Positions 30,787 to 40,011 are shown, counted from the stretch's first letter. The stretch: DNA of 64,000 nucleotides from a virus (IMGVR_UViG_3300045996_003052:11743-75742), one strand, 5' to 3'. Translations and numbers: made by a program. The notes: generated by a model not told the origin, from the sequence alone.

Positions 30787-31235
30787 GGTTCTGTACACCG
30801 CATTGGACAAAGCTGCGTGAGGCTATCGACAGCCGTGGCCTGACACCGTTCATCGCTAAGGACGGGAAGGTCGCTACAAAGCAGCTCATCAAACAGCTTG
30901 AGGACCAAGACGTCACGAAAGCCACGTTCGACCCACTAATGTCGGCGCACTGGGCCATTGCGGGAAATACTATGAGCCTAATTGACCAGACTGGCAACAA
31001 CCCGCTGTACTTGCTGGCGGGTGAAGAGGCGCCGGAAGACCCGGTTAAAGGTTATCCTGGCTTTGAAAGCCGAACGTGGCCCCGGTGCCCGCTGTGTTAC
31101 ATCAACCTGGCACATGAGGTCTCGTGCACGAACCCTAAGTGTATGCTAGACAAACAGCACGGTTACGATTGGATGATCGAACGCGCGGCGGACGACGCAC
31201 TCGCACGGGCGCGCGAATTTGGACTGATAGCTTAA
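30783..31235 (+). CDS. Hypothetical Cys-containing protein
   Basis: ATGA overlap; CPLC...C...C. Confidence 0.65.
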   Translation: MRFCTPHWTKLREAIDSRGLTPFIAKDGKVATKQLIKQLEDQDVTKATFDPLMSAHWAIAGNTMSLIDQTGNNPLYLLAGEEAPEDPVKGYPGFESRTWPRCPLCYINLAHEVSCTNPKCMLDKQHGYDWMIERAADDALARAREFGLIA

Positions 31236-31247
31236 CGGAGGGGATTC

Positions 31248-31448
31248 ATGAATGGAAAAATCGCGCGGCTCGTCAAGGACAAAGGGTTCGGGTTTATTAA
31301 GGCAGGTGGGTCAGACTACTTCTTCCATCGGTCATCGGTCAAAGGCGTCGCCTTTGAGGACCTGAAGGAAGGTGCTGAGGTAACGTTCGAGGAAGCGGAA
31401 GGTGCGAAAGGGCCGCGGGCCGAGGACGTCTACCTCCGGGACAACTAG
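31248..31448 (+). CDS. csp: Cold-shock domain protein
   Basis: KGFGFI (RNP1), YFFH (RNP2), KGPRAEDV. Confidence 0.9.
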   Translation: MNGKIARLVKDKGFGFIKAGGSDYFFHRSSVKGVAFEDLKEGAEVTFEEAEGAKGPRAEDVYLRDN

Positions 31449-31452
31449 GGCT

Positions 31453-32382
31453 ATGATTTGCATTTTGGAGGGACCGGACGGAAGCGGCAAGACCACGCTA
31501 GCGAGGCACCTTGAAAAAAACTATAGCTTTCAATACCGACATATGGGGCCGCCAAGCGGCATACCGCCGCTTCAAGAGTATGGACGCGCTCTTTACGACG
31601 CTGCTTGCGGAGGTGGAGACGTCGTCTTCGACCGCCTACACGTTGGCGAGCGGGTTTACGGACCAACACTTAGAGGTGTTGATTTACTTGGGCGAGGGGG
31701 TGAGGTTCTCATTCACCGTTTGCTCACCGCCTATGGGGCCCGACTTGTCTTCTGCCTTCCACCGTACAGTGTCGCGTTTGAAAACTGGCTCGAGCGCCAC
31801 CAAGGTGGCGCCGAACTCATCAAGAAAAGTCAAACCTACGAGCAAGTCTACTACGCGTACAAGGCGCTGAGCAACGACTTATTCTATGCCGACTCCGTCT
31901 GGTGGGACTATACGCTACAGCCTATGGAGCTCGCGGCAAAGACGTTGTTAACCTTCGACGCGAAACGCCCGCGGTGTCCCGAGGGCGTGGTGGGAAGTCC
32001 AAACCCACAATTTTTATTCGTGGGGGAACAGGCAAACCAGGAGTACCTAGACATTCCGTTCTTCGCGCTTGACAACTCCAGCCACTTCCTAAACTCCTGC
32101 ATCAAAGATGCAGGATTTCAGGAAAGAGACATTGCTCTTGTTAACGCTAAGGCTTTGGATGGCGCTAAAGCACCCCTAGGCGCAATTTATATGGCCCTTA
32201 GGGAACCGAAAGTTATAGCTCTAGGGTCACATGCATCTCACGCGTTAAAAGCCCAAGGGGTCACGCACCATAAACTCCCGCATCCAAGTTATTGGAAGCG
32301 CTTTCACAGCTCGAGGCCCGACGAGTATGTCCGACAGCTCCGAGAAATTCGTATCAACTCCTACCACGTTCAGCGCGCGTGA
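31453..32382 (+). CDS. dNMP kinase fused to a UDG-superfamily domain
   Basis: ILEGPDGSGKTT and FDR; C-terminal FLFVGEQ, VIALG, LPHPSY. Confidence 0.8.
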   Translation: MICILEGPDGSGKTTLARHLEKNYSFQYRHMGPPSGIPPLQEYGRALYDAACGGGDVVFDRLHVGERVYGPTLRGVDLLGRGGEVLIHRLLTAYGARLVFCLPPYSVAFENWLERHQGGAELIKKSQTYEQVYYAYKALSNDLFYADSVWWDYTLQPMELAAKTLLTFDAKRPRCPEGVVGSPNPQFLFVGEQANQEYLDIPFFALDNSSHFLNSCIKDAGFQERDIALVNAKALDGAKAPLGAIYMALREPKVIALGSHASHALKAQGVTHHKLPHPSYWKRFHSSRPDEYVRQLREIRINSYHVQRA

Positions 32383-33226
32383 ATTTCACACGGCCTGGGA
32401 TGAACTGCTACGTTACCTGTTTTACCATGGCCAGACCGCGAGTCCTCGCGGGCTGACCATCAAAGAACAGCTAAACGTCACAATTCATGTCAGAGACGCG
32501 TACCGAAACATCCTAGTCAACCCGTCGCGCAATATCGGTTACCGCGCAATGGTGGCCGAGTGGCTGTGGATTGCCGGCGGTTTCAACGACCTTGAATCGC
32601 TGGCCCAGTACAACGCAAACTACCGTAAGTTTAGCGACGACGGTGAGACGTTATACGGCGCATACGGCCCCAGGATTAGACTGAACTGGGGCGTTGTGCG
32701 CGATCAGTTGAATACTGATCGCGACACACGGCAGGCCTACCTGCCAATCTGGGGACCGGACACCAGGCGCAACACGAAGGACACGCCTTGCACGTTGGGG
32801 ATGCAATTTCTAATTCGAGGCGGACAACTGCACCTGACGGTAGGGATGCGAAGTTCTGACGCGTGGCTAGGCTTACCGAACGATTTCTACGTGTTCTCAC
32901 AGCTGCAGAACGAGATGGCTGCGGCGTTAACGGTTCCAATAGGCTCACTGACGTTGAACCTAGGATCATCGCACCTCTACGAAACTAACTTTAACCTAGT
33001 TGAACAGTCGTTCGAACACGAAAGCCGCACAATCAGAACCCCAAGTTTTAGCTATGCTATTGAATTTTTGCCTGAACTATATCGACGTTTTCAGACAATG
33101 TCGGGTACACAGATGTCGGTTGGAGGAGAAACGATATGGGACCTCTACGCGAAGATCTTAGTGACCCCCAGTCGGGTGGACGCCTTAGCCTTGTTGAAGA
33201 AGATCGAAAAAATGACGGACGACTAG
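32327..33226 (+). CDS. Thymidylate-synthase-fold enzyme, dCMP hydroxymethylase/methylase type
   Basis: AEWLW, GAYGPR, DTPCT, MRSSDAWLGLPND (Asp at the ThyA Asn177 position), GSSHLY. Confidence 0.8.
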   Translation: MSDSSEKFVSTPTTFSAREFHTAWDELLRYLFYHGQTASPRGLTIKEQLNVTIHVRDAYRNILVNPSRNIGYRAMVAEWLWIAGGFNDLESLAQYNANYRKFSDDGETLYGAYGPRIRLNWGVVRDQLNTDRDTRQAYLPIWGPDTRRNTKDTPCTLGMQFLIRGGQLHLTVGMRSSDAWLGLPNDFYVFSQLQNEMAAALTVPIGSLTLNLGSSHLYETNFNLVEQSFEHESRTIRTPSFSYAIEFLPELYRRFQTMSGTQMSVGGETIWDLYAKILVTPSRVDALALLKKIEKMTDD

Positions 33227-33645
33227 ACATCCACGAGTACTACCTACAAATGCTCTCCTTGGTCGCGTCGCGGTCCACCTGCCGACGACGTGCCGTCGCC
33301 GCCATCATTACGGACCACAAGGGCATGGTCCTGTCAACCGGCTACAACGGTGTGCCGCGAGGTATTGCGCACTGCCTCGTGAACCCGTGTCCCGGTGTCA
33401 GCGACCGTCCAGGCGACTCATCGCGGTGTGAAGCGGTTCACGCCGAAGTCAACAGCATCGTCCAGTGCGCGGACCTTAGCCGCGCGACGATCATGTATGT
33501 CTCTTGCACGCCTTGTTTTAGCTGCGCGAAGATGATTCTCAACACGCCGATAAAAGTAGTTAGGTGCGTAGAGGCGTACGCTGACAGGTCGGGCATTGAG
33601 ATGCTAAGTCGTGGTGGTATTCAAGTTTTCGTAGGCCGTGGCTAA
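33136..33645 (+). CDS. dCMP deaminase
   Basis: RSTC.RR, GYNG, HAE, PCFSC; GGAGGAG RBS inside the TS gene. Confidence 0.9.
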   Translation: MGPLREDLSDPQSGGRLSLVEEDRKNDGRLDIHEYYLQMLSLVASRSTCRRRAVAAIITDHKGMVLSTGYNGVPRGIAHCLVNPCPGVSDRPGDSSRCEAVHAEVNSIVQCADLSRATIMYVSCTPCFSCAKMILNTPIKVVRCVEAYADRSGIEMLSRGGIQVFVGRG

Positions 33646-33781
33646 GGAAACGGATCTTGCTTGGGCCGCTGGCTTTTTTGACGGAGAAGGTTGCACTCTG
33701 TTTAGAATAACCAAGTACAATGGTCGCTTTCTTTCAGTGCAAATTACGCAAAAATATGTTTTAAACATCAAATTAATTTAA
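33638..33781 (+). pseudogene. Truncated LAGLIDADG homing endonuclease remnant (47 codons)
   Basis: VAKETDLAWAAGFFDGEGCTLF...SVQITQK then an early stop; not in the ORF track. Confidence 0.75.
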
Positions 33782-33820
33782 AACCGAATTGTAAACGTAG
33801 ACAGATACCGGAATTTTTAA

Positions 33821-35662
33821 GTGAAGCCATCAGCTAATCAAGGATCGCTTTTTGTTCGAGAATCAATTTCTGGGTGGCGTGCGCCTGAAGTATTTCCTGA
33901 AATAGACTCAAGGTACACGCGTATTGGATTTGATACAGAAACTTCCCACAAAGGGTGGCGTGACCCAAAAAATAAAGTCGTCGGAGTTTCTTTAGCTTTA
34001 GAAGATGGCCGGGATTTCTATTTCCCGTGGGGACATCTTGGAGGTGGTAACTTAGATAAAAGTAGAGTTCTAAACTTCCTGAGCAAGACCCTCAAAGGTA
34101 AGACCTTAGTTTGCGCAGAAGCGAAGCACGAGATCCAGATGATGCGCCGGGAGGGCGTAGACTTCGAGGCTATGGGGTGTGCCATCCGAGAGGTTCAATA
34201 CCCGCCCGCTCTATTATCTGACGCGCGGCGTTCTTTTCAGCTTAACGACTTAGCCAAGGACTTCCTTGGCCGCGAAAAGATCGACCTAGACGCGGCAAAG
34301 ATCTGGGAAATGCCAGCTAGCGAAGTTGGCCCGTACGCCGAACTCGATGCCCGCCTAAACCTAGACCTAGACACCGTATACGCACCGCTTATTCAAGAGC
34401 AAGACCTTGGAAAGGTTCTACAACTAGAATACGACCTGATCTACTGCGTTTGTGAGATGGAGCGGAACGGAGTCCCGCTCGACGTACCTAAGCTAGCGCG
34501 TTGGCGCCGAGAGGCAGGGCAGCGGTGGGACCAGGCAGTCTACCAAGTCCACCGCGACAGCGGGCTGAAACTCAACTTTAACTCGCCGCTCCAAGTAGCG
34601 CAGCTCTTTGACAAGCTCGGTCTTGAGTATCCCAAGACAGCGGGTACGAAGCAGCACCCTGAAGGTTTTCCAAGCTTCACCGACGCCTTCTTGTCGGACA
34701 TCGACCACCCCCTGGTGCAGTCAGTGCGCCGGGCTAAAGCCGTCGATTCGTTGCGAACCAAATACCTTGACAAGTACTGGGACGCACTAGTTGACGGCTA
34801 CCTCCACTACAACCTTCACCAGCTGAAGGCAAACGAGTATGGTACTATCTCGGGAAGATTCTCTTCAAGTAGCGTTAATATTCAACAGGTGTTTGATCCA
34901 GAACGACAAGAAGATAAGCTGGGCTTCATGGAGTGGCTCATCCGCGAACTTTTCTTGCCAGTACCTCCCAGGACACCTGGGAGATACTGGTGGGTTAAGC
35001 TCGACGCGTCCCAAATTGAATTTCGACTCTTTGTGCACTACTCGCGGTCTGCGCGGCTTATTAAGCGATTTTGTGAAGACCGTGGGGTCGACTTCCATCA
35101 AATGGTCGCCGACCTTTGCCGTATCAAGCGTAAGCCCGCCAAGAATATCAATTTCGGAAAACTATTTGGCATGGGCCGAGAAAAAATGGCGCGTCAGCTT
35201 GGACTACCGCAAGATGAAGCTGACAGTCTATTTGATCAGTACAACGCGATGTTTCCCGAAACCCAGGAGCTGATGAACGCCACAATGTCCCTGGCTAAGG
35301 CGCGCGGCTATGTGAAAACGAGACTCGGACGCCGAGCTCGTTTTCCCGACGGGGAGCGCCTGCATTCTGCCTTAAATAGGGTGATTCAAGGCAGTGCGGC
35401 AGACGTACTGAAGCTAAAGCTGTTGGAGGTCTACAACAACCGCAAGTTCTTCGACATCCATAAGCTGCTGTTCACAGTCCACGACGACATCAACATCGCG
35501 ACCCAGAACCTACGACGGGTTCGAGACATTAAAGAATGTCTCGAAGCCCCCATACCCAACCTGCCGTTTCGCGTCCCCATCCTGTGGGACGCGGACGTTG
35601 GTCCTAATTGGGCGGTTAACTACCGCGAGAAGCAGCAGACCAAACTAAGGAGGGCTGCGTGA
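33821..35662 (+). CDS. polA: Family A DNA polymerase with 3'-5' exonuclease domain
   Basis: FDTET, SGRFSS, DASQIEFR, KNINFGKLFGMG, IQGSAAD, TVHDD. Confidence 0.95.
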   Translation: MKPSANQGSLFVRESISGWRAPEVFPEIDSRYTRIGFDTETSHKGWRDPKNKVVGVSLALEDGRDFYFPWGHLGGGNLDKSRVLNFLSKTLKGKTLVCAEAKHEIQMMRREGVDFEAMGCAIREVQYPPALLSDARRSFQLNDLAKDFLGREKIDLDAAKIWEMPASEVGPYAELDARLNLDLDTVYAPLIQEQDLGKVLQLEYDLIYCVCEMERNGVPLDVPKLARWRREAGQRWDQAVYQVHRDSGLKLNFNSPLQVAQLFDKLGLEYPKTAGTKQHPEGFPSFTDAFLSDIDHPLVQSVRRAKAVDSLRTKYLDKYWDALVDGYLHYNLHQLKANEYGTISGRFSSSSVNIQQVFDPERQEDKLGFMEWLIRELFLPVPPRTPGRYWWVKLDASQIEFRLFVHYSRSARLIKRFCEDRGVDFHQMVADLCRIKRKPAKNINFGKLFGMGREKMARQLGLPQDEADSLFDQYNAMFPETQELMNATMSLAKARGYVKTRLGRRARFPDGERLHSALNRVIQGSAADVLKLKLLEVYNNRKFFDIHKLLFTVHDDINIATQNLRRVRDIKECLEAPIPNLPFRVPILWDADVGPNWAVNYREKQQTKLRRAA

Positions 35663-35822
35663 CAGCAACAGAAGAACAAGAAATGCATGAACTTGCATTA
35701 CAGCTAGCAAACCTAACTTTTGGTTCAGGGTGGGAGGCAATGCGATATATGGCGATTGCCCAAGTAATGGAAAAGCTTGCTGAATACTGCGCGGTACGGT
35801 GTAAAAAGTGTGAAGGATCAAA

Positions 35823-36284
35823 ATGACGAAGCTAGCGTACAACGAGAGCTATTGGACGCGCCAGCTAATGGCGTACCTAGCTGAGAAACACCGCGACTGG
35901 CTCTGTTATAAGCTCGCCGACACGTTTACGTCGGGTATTCCTGACGTCCACGTAGCGGCAGAAGGGATGGCAACGTGGCTAGAGCTAAAGGTACTGCGGC
36001 CAAAGCAAAGTGTATCTGACCGCATTAAGATGCGGTCCGACAGGCACGCGAAGCTTCAACTGCACGATATGTGTAAGATTGAAGATAATGGCGTCAACGC
36101 TGCGTACCTCTTCTTTTTTCCGCTTGGCGACCTTCACTACGTCGTGCTTAAACCGAGTACCGTAAAGGAATGGGTCGACGTTGGAGATAGTCTAAGCTAT
36201 CAGGAACTTTATCGTGATTCGTACGACGACTTCGTAAAGGTATCGAATTTCTGCGGAGGTGAGTACAGTGCGCTTCAATTTTGA
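35823..36284 (+). CDS. VRR-NUC/PD-(D/E)XK nuclease
   Basis: NES...GIPD...WLELK...LQ. Confidence 0.75.
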   Translation: MTKLAYNESYWTRQLMAYLAEKHRDWLCYKLADTFTSGIPDVHVAAEGMATWLELKVLRPKQSVSDRIKMRSDRHAKLQLHDMCKIEDNGVNAAYLFFFPLGDLHYVVLKPSTVKEWVDVGDSLSYQELYRDSYDDFVKVSNFCGGEYSALQF

Positions 36285-36819
36285 CGACGTCGGCGATTTT
36301 CACCGAAAGTTTGGGCTTCACAACGTAACATACACCGCCGCAGAACCGGTAGAGTACACTGATGACCTGATTAAATTCAGGCTTAAATTCCTACTGGAGG
36401 AGCTCCAGGAGATCGTGGAGGGCTGCGGCTACTGCGTCGCGCACGTCAGTGAACCTCAGGGCGGTTCCCACCTTGAGGCTGTCAAGAAACCCAACGGTAG
36501 CATGAAACACGAGGCCGTCTTCGACGGCCTCTTGGACCTGGCGTACGTGACCTTTGGCATGGCGCACGTCCTCGGGTACCCGTGGCAGGACGGTTGGGAC
36601 GAGGTGCAACGCGCCAACATTACGAAGGAACGCTGCGGCATCAACCACACGTACATAGATTCAGGACACCAAGACTATGAAGGATGCGTTTCTTGCGGTA
36701 AACCACGCGAACAACATTCACTGCGCGGCTCAGCCTACGACGTCATTAAGCCGCGAGGTTGGCATGCGCCGGACATCAAGAGCATCCTAAAGCGCGTCGG
36801 ATTTATCTTGGGTGGCTAG
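36259..36819 (+). CDS. MazG-like NTP pyrophosphohydrolase with a Cys/His insert
   Basis: FHRKFG, EELQE, DGLLDLAYV, EVQRANITK, KP.GW..PD. Confidence 0.8.
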   Translation: MSTVRFNFDDVGDFHRKFGLHNVTYTAAEPVEYTDDLIKFRLKFLLEELQEIVEGCGYCVAHVSEPQGGSHLEAVKKPNGSMKHEAVFDGLLDLAYVTFGMAHVLGYPWQDGWDEVQRANITKERCGINHTYIDSGHQDYEGCVSCGKPREQHSLRGSAYDVIKPRGWHAPDIKSILKRVGFILGG

Positions 36820-36862
36820 AAAAAATAGGGGTACAATGACACTATTGTCATTTTACCCCTAT
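36820..36862. terminator. Convergent terminator hairpin at the junction of the two arms
   Basis: ataggggta.aatgaca...tgtcatt.tacccctat with an A-tract on the left (a U-tract for the minus strand). Confidence 0.7.
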
Positions 36863-36877
36863 GCGTTCCACAAGGGT

Positions 36878-37108
36878 TTACCCAGGAATCATCTCGCGCA
36901 TGCGCGCGATGTCCTCGTCCAGGGCCGACGCGTTGGCCCTGAGCTTCGCTTCCAGCATATCCGCCAGTTCCGTTCCAGACGGCCCTGAGCCGGTGACTCC
37001 CTTTATGATCGCCGCAATGGCGACTACTGTTGACACGACGAGCGGAATTGCCGTGTTAGCGTTGATGAGCGTTTCAGTAAGGTCAGTAAGAACCCTGTTG
37101 ATGTTCAT
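36878..37108 (-). CDS. Small membrane protein (lysis region)
   Basis: Hydrophobic IPLVVSTVVAIAAII segment. Confidence 0.6.
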   Translation of the reverse strand: MNINRVLTDLTETLINANTAIPLVVSTVVAIAAIIKGVTGSGPSGTELADMLEAKLRANASALDEDIARMREMIPG

Positions 37109-37109
37109 G

Positions 37110-37571
37110 TTAGGCGCTCTCCTTTAACTTGGCAATCTCGACCAGGGTGGTAGTGATGGTTTTTTGGGCCGCGCGAATTAAGTCAACAAGCTGTTGCGCG
37201 GAACCGCTTATCGGTACGCCGGCGATGACCACCGACATGTCCTGGCTAACGTTCTCCAAGATGACCAAAGCCTTGTCGACCAGGGAGAGGTCGGGGTTAT
37301 TGACGTCGATCAAGCGCAAGATCCCCGGTAACGGTTCCAAGGCCGCGTTTACGGCCTTGAGGCGTTCAAGAACAGCAATCCCCTGCTCCGGCGTCAAGGC
37401 CTTCTGGTCGACCAGCGCCGTCGTCGCCTTCCTGACCTCGTCTACCGACTGCGCCACGGCTAGGCCAGTCTGCCCAGTCAATGTCACGACCCGGTTTCCA
37501 TCGCAACTTGCCCCCATGGCCGCGTAAGCGGCCATGGCTATCAACACGAAACTGGCAATTCTTTTTCTCAT
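37110..37571 (-). CDS. Lipoprotein (lysis region)
   Basis: Signal peptide MRKRIASFVLIAMAAYAAMGAS-C lipobox. Confidence 0.7.
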   Translation of the reverse strand: MRKRIASFVLIAMAAYAAMGASCDGNRVVTLTGQTGLAVAQSVDEVRKATTALVDQKALTPEQGIAVLERLKAVNAALEPLPGILRLIDVNNPDLSLVDKALVILENVSQDMSVVIAGVPISGSAQQLVDLIRAAQKTITTTLVEIAKLKESA

Positions 37572-37582
37572 TCCGTCCTCCT

Positions 37583-37969
37583 TTAGGTAATTTTCTTCGA
37601 CGCCTTGACGTCGTGTGTCGGCATCTCCTGCGGCTTCCTGGTACCTTCGTACACGAGCTGCTGAAGTCCAAAGATACTAGCCCAGTCGAACGTTGTGAAT
37701 CCAGCCCACATAGTGTTAACGTTAGGAAACGCGATGTTTAGGTCCCAACCTCCGGTGGTGGGGTTTGCTGCGAACGCCCAGTTAATACCTACTGCGGTAA
37801 CCAAGGAAAGAAACGCGGCAACAAGCCGGTACGCCCAGACGTCAGCGGCTGGAAAGTTCTTAACCGAGTTTCGGTACCATTCCTGGCGCTTCAACCACTT
37901 CATAAGAAAGTACACGACCGCTGCCGCCGCCGACATCTGCTGAAACGTAAGTCCCGGTACTGTATCCAT
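37583..37969 (-). CDS. Putative holin
   Basis: Two or three hydrophobic segments and a basic C-terminus, in the lysis cluster. Confidence 0.5.
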   Translation of the reverse strand: MDTVPGLTFQQMSAAAAVVYFLMKWLKRQEWYRNSVKNFPAADVWAYRLVAAFLSLVTAVGINWAFAANPTTGGWDLNIAFPNVNTMWAGFTTFDWASIFGLQQLVYEGTRKPQEMPTHDVKASKKIT

Positions 37970-37982
37970 GCTGTCCTCCTAG

Positions 37983-39269
37983 TTAACGTACAAGCCGCAC
38001 AAGTGAATTGCTAGGTCCCCAAACTTCTTCTTTGCGCCAGCCATTCATGGCCTTTGGCTCTAACGGGCCGCACCGAACACTTACCGCTCGGTTGTCGTGA
38101 AGAGACGTGTAGGTCCAAATAGGCTGGCCGTTGATGTCCACATCATCAACCGGACTGTCGTGGTTCTCGCTGTGGTTGTATTCACCCGTTTGCCACTCTG
38201 GTCCTATCTTGTTCCACACGTGTTCAACAATGGCGTCAAGACAGGTGGACTGTAATCCCGCTGGGATGCGTCCCCACTTTCCATCCTCGCAGTGGTAGGT
38301 GCTTCCCGGGGTCCAGAGCGCGCAAACACCGTGGTGCCACACGCTTTCCCGCGGCGCGGTGTTCGGGTCATTCTTGCCACCGGGGTAGTTGAAACCCGGC
38401 TCAACGATCTTGGCTGGCTCGTCAGAAATCGTAGGGCGCTTGAACTTTTCCTGAAACTCCTGCGCGTGTCGCGCCTTTCTGTGCCAGGCGCTGTCTCGTA
38501 GTGTGTGAATTGTACAGTATTTACCCTGTGGAGCGTTTTGGCTTCGCGCGTCGTTGTAGAAGAAGCCGTAGTCCCCACAGGACCAAAGCACGTCGTAACG
38601 GTTCACTGAACCAATGCCTAATAGGTCAATCCGGTTCACGTGAGGTTCGTTTGCATCTTCAATGAAGACGTTGTCGTGGTCCTTAGCAATATCGTACGCA
38701 GCTTGAAGAGACTGCCGCGCTCCGTCAAACGCCATGCATAGCGGCACAAATTCGCAATAGATACCGAACCCAGCGAGTGTCTTAAAGAACTCTCCCAGCC
38801 GGTTGTATGAAAACCCAGCGTTGTAGTCTGGCGTTTCAAGCCAGGGAAGCCGTCCAAAAACACGCACGACATTTATGCCCTTCTGTTGAAAGAAAGTCAG
38901 ATCGAAACGGATGTCCTCACCACGAAGAAACTTGCGATACCCTAAGAACCAAGAGTAACCGTGCCAGGAGAAGAGCGAACCGTCCGGCTTCCTAAATGTC
39001 TTTTCCGACACAGACAGCTTGGCAATTTGACCTGGCGCGGGAGGACCCGGCTCACCATAATCTACAGGGTCGACGCCGATTTCTTCCAGCACCCGCCTCA
39101 CCGGTTTCTTGTCGACCAGGCGCCGCCACGCCATGTCCCCGATTTTTTCAAACAGATGCTCTACCTGGTCGTCGCTGAGTTCCTTTGGAAACGACTCAGG
39201 GTTCTTGTGGCGCCACGCTCGACCGATGCGGCGAATTTCGTCGAACACAAATTTACCGTAGTCCACCAA
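37983..39269 (-). CDS. Clan GH-A (GH5-like) TIM-barrel glycoside hydrolase
   Basis: GINVVRVF, ANEP (acid/base Glu), ISDEP (candidate nucleophile). Confidence 0.6.
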   Translation of the reverse strand: MVDYGKFVFDEIRRIGRAWRHKNPESFPKELSDDQVEHLFEKIGDMAWRRLVDKKPVRRVLEEIGVDPVDYGEPGPPAPGQIAKLSVSEKTFRKPDGSLFSWHGYSWFLGYRKFLRGEDIRFDLTFFQQKGINVVRVFGRLPWLETPDYNAGFSYNRLGEFFKTLAGFGIYCEFVPLCMAFDGARQSLQAAYDIAKDHDNVFIEDANEPHVNRIDLLGIGSVNRYDVLWSCGDYGFFYNDARSQNAPQGKYCTIHTLRDSAWHRKARHAQEFQEKFKRPTISDEPAKIVEPGFNYPGGKNDPNTAPRESVWHHGVCALWTPGSTYHCEDGKWGRIPAGLQSTCLDAIVEHVWNKIGPEWQTGEYNHSENHDSPVDDVDINGQPIWTYTSLHDNRAVSVRCGPLEPKAMNGWRKEEVWGPSNSLVRLVR

Positions 39270-39306
39270 TCACCTCCTTTCGTAACCTCCCACCTAAAGC
39301 GGGAAG

Positions 39307-39852
39307 TTACGAACAGATAATGCGCTGTAGCTTAGTTGTGCGGTTCCACCAACCCAGGGTCCAGATACGTTGTGACGGTTTCTTAGCAATTAGCCGCTGC
39401 ATAAATTCCTCGCGGTACGTCATGAGCCTGAACGCCAGCAGCAGCTTGTCGTCAAACAGGTTATACGTGCCTAATGTAATCGGACCAATTACGCCGTCAC
39501 GGTTGTCCATCCCCATCGCCGCCTGTAAGTCGGAGATCGCCGTCACCTGGCCGCTGTGGAAACCGTAGTCGTAGGTCACCAACTGGACCTTCCAGTTGGT
39601 GATGTCCGAAATCCGCGGCTCCTTCATAAACACTCTAACGCCGCAAGACACCGCCTCATCAATTGTCAGATTCTTTACGTCCGCCTTAGTGACTACCAAA
39701 TTGGGATTGCCGGAAACGAGTCGGCGGTAATACTGGATCGTGCGTAACGTAAAGCCAAATTTCGTCGCTCCCCCGGTATCTAGGGGGTGGTCAGTGTAAA
39801 GTTTCCCTTCAAACGTGTCGATAACAAACCTAACGATGGCAGTGGGGGTCAC
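39307..39852 (-). CDS. Endolysin, GH108 lysozyme
   Basis: FEG..YTDHPLDTGGATKFG, DGVIGPIT, GWWNR. Confidence 0.85.
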   Translation of the reverse strand: MTPTAIVRFVIDTFEGKLYTDHPLDTGGATKFGFTLRTIQYYRRLVSGNPNLVVTKADVKNLTIDEAVSCGVRVFMKEPRISDITNWKVQLVTYDYGFHSGQVTAISDLQAAMGMDNRDGVIGPITLGTYNLFDDKLLLAFRLMTYREEFMQRLIAKKPSQRIWTLGWWNRTTKLQRIICS

Positions 39853-39989
39853 CGCAGTAGCCTTATAACGATCAGGATCAGCGCTAGTACCACTAGCACG
39901 TGGACCAGGGAACCGCCTACGGGCACAACGAACGCCCCCGCAAGCCAGAGGATGAACAGAATCAGCGCGATAAGTAGTAGTGGGTCCAT
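39849..39989 (-). CDS. Small two-TM membrane protein (lmo0937/DUF5670-like; possible holin)
   Basis: MDPLLLIALILFILWLAGAFVVPVGGSLVHVLVVLALILIVIRLLR; AGGAGAG RBS; GTGA overlap with the endolysin gene. Confidence 0.7.
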   Translation of the reverse strand: MDPLLLIALILFILWLAGAFVVPVGGSLVHVLVVLALILIVIRLLR

Positions 39990-40011
39990 GTCAGCTCTCC
40001 TTTTCCTACTG

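Noticed and set aside
32327-33226. Ordinary thyA annotation
   Set aside because: Lacks PCH and the dUMP-specifying Asn; it has the dCMP-type Asp instead.
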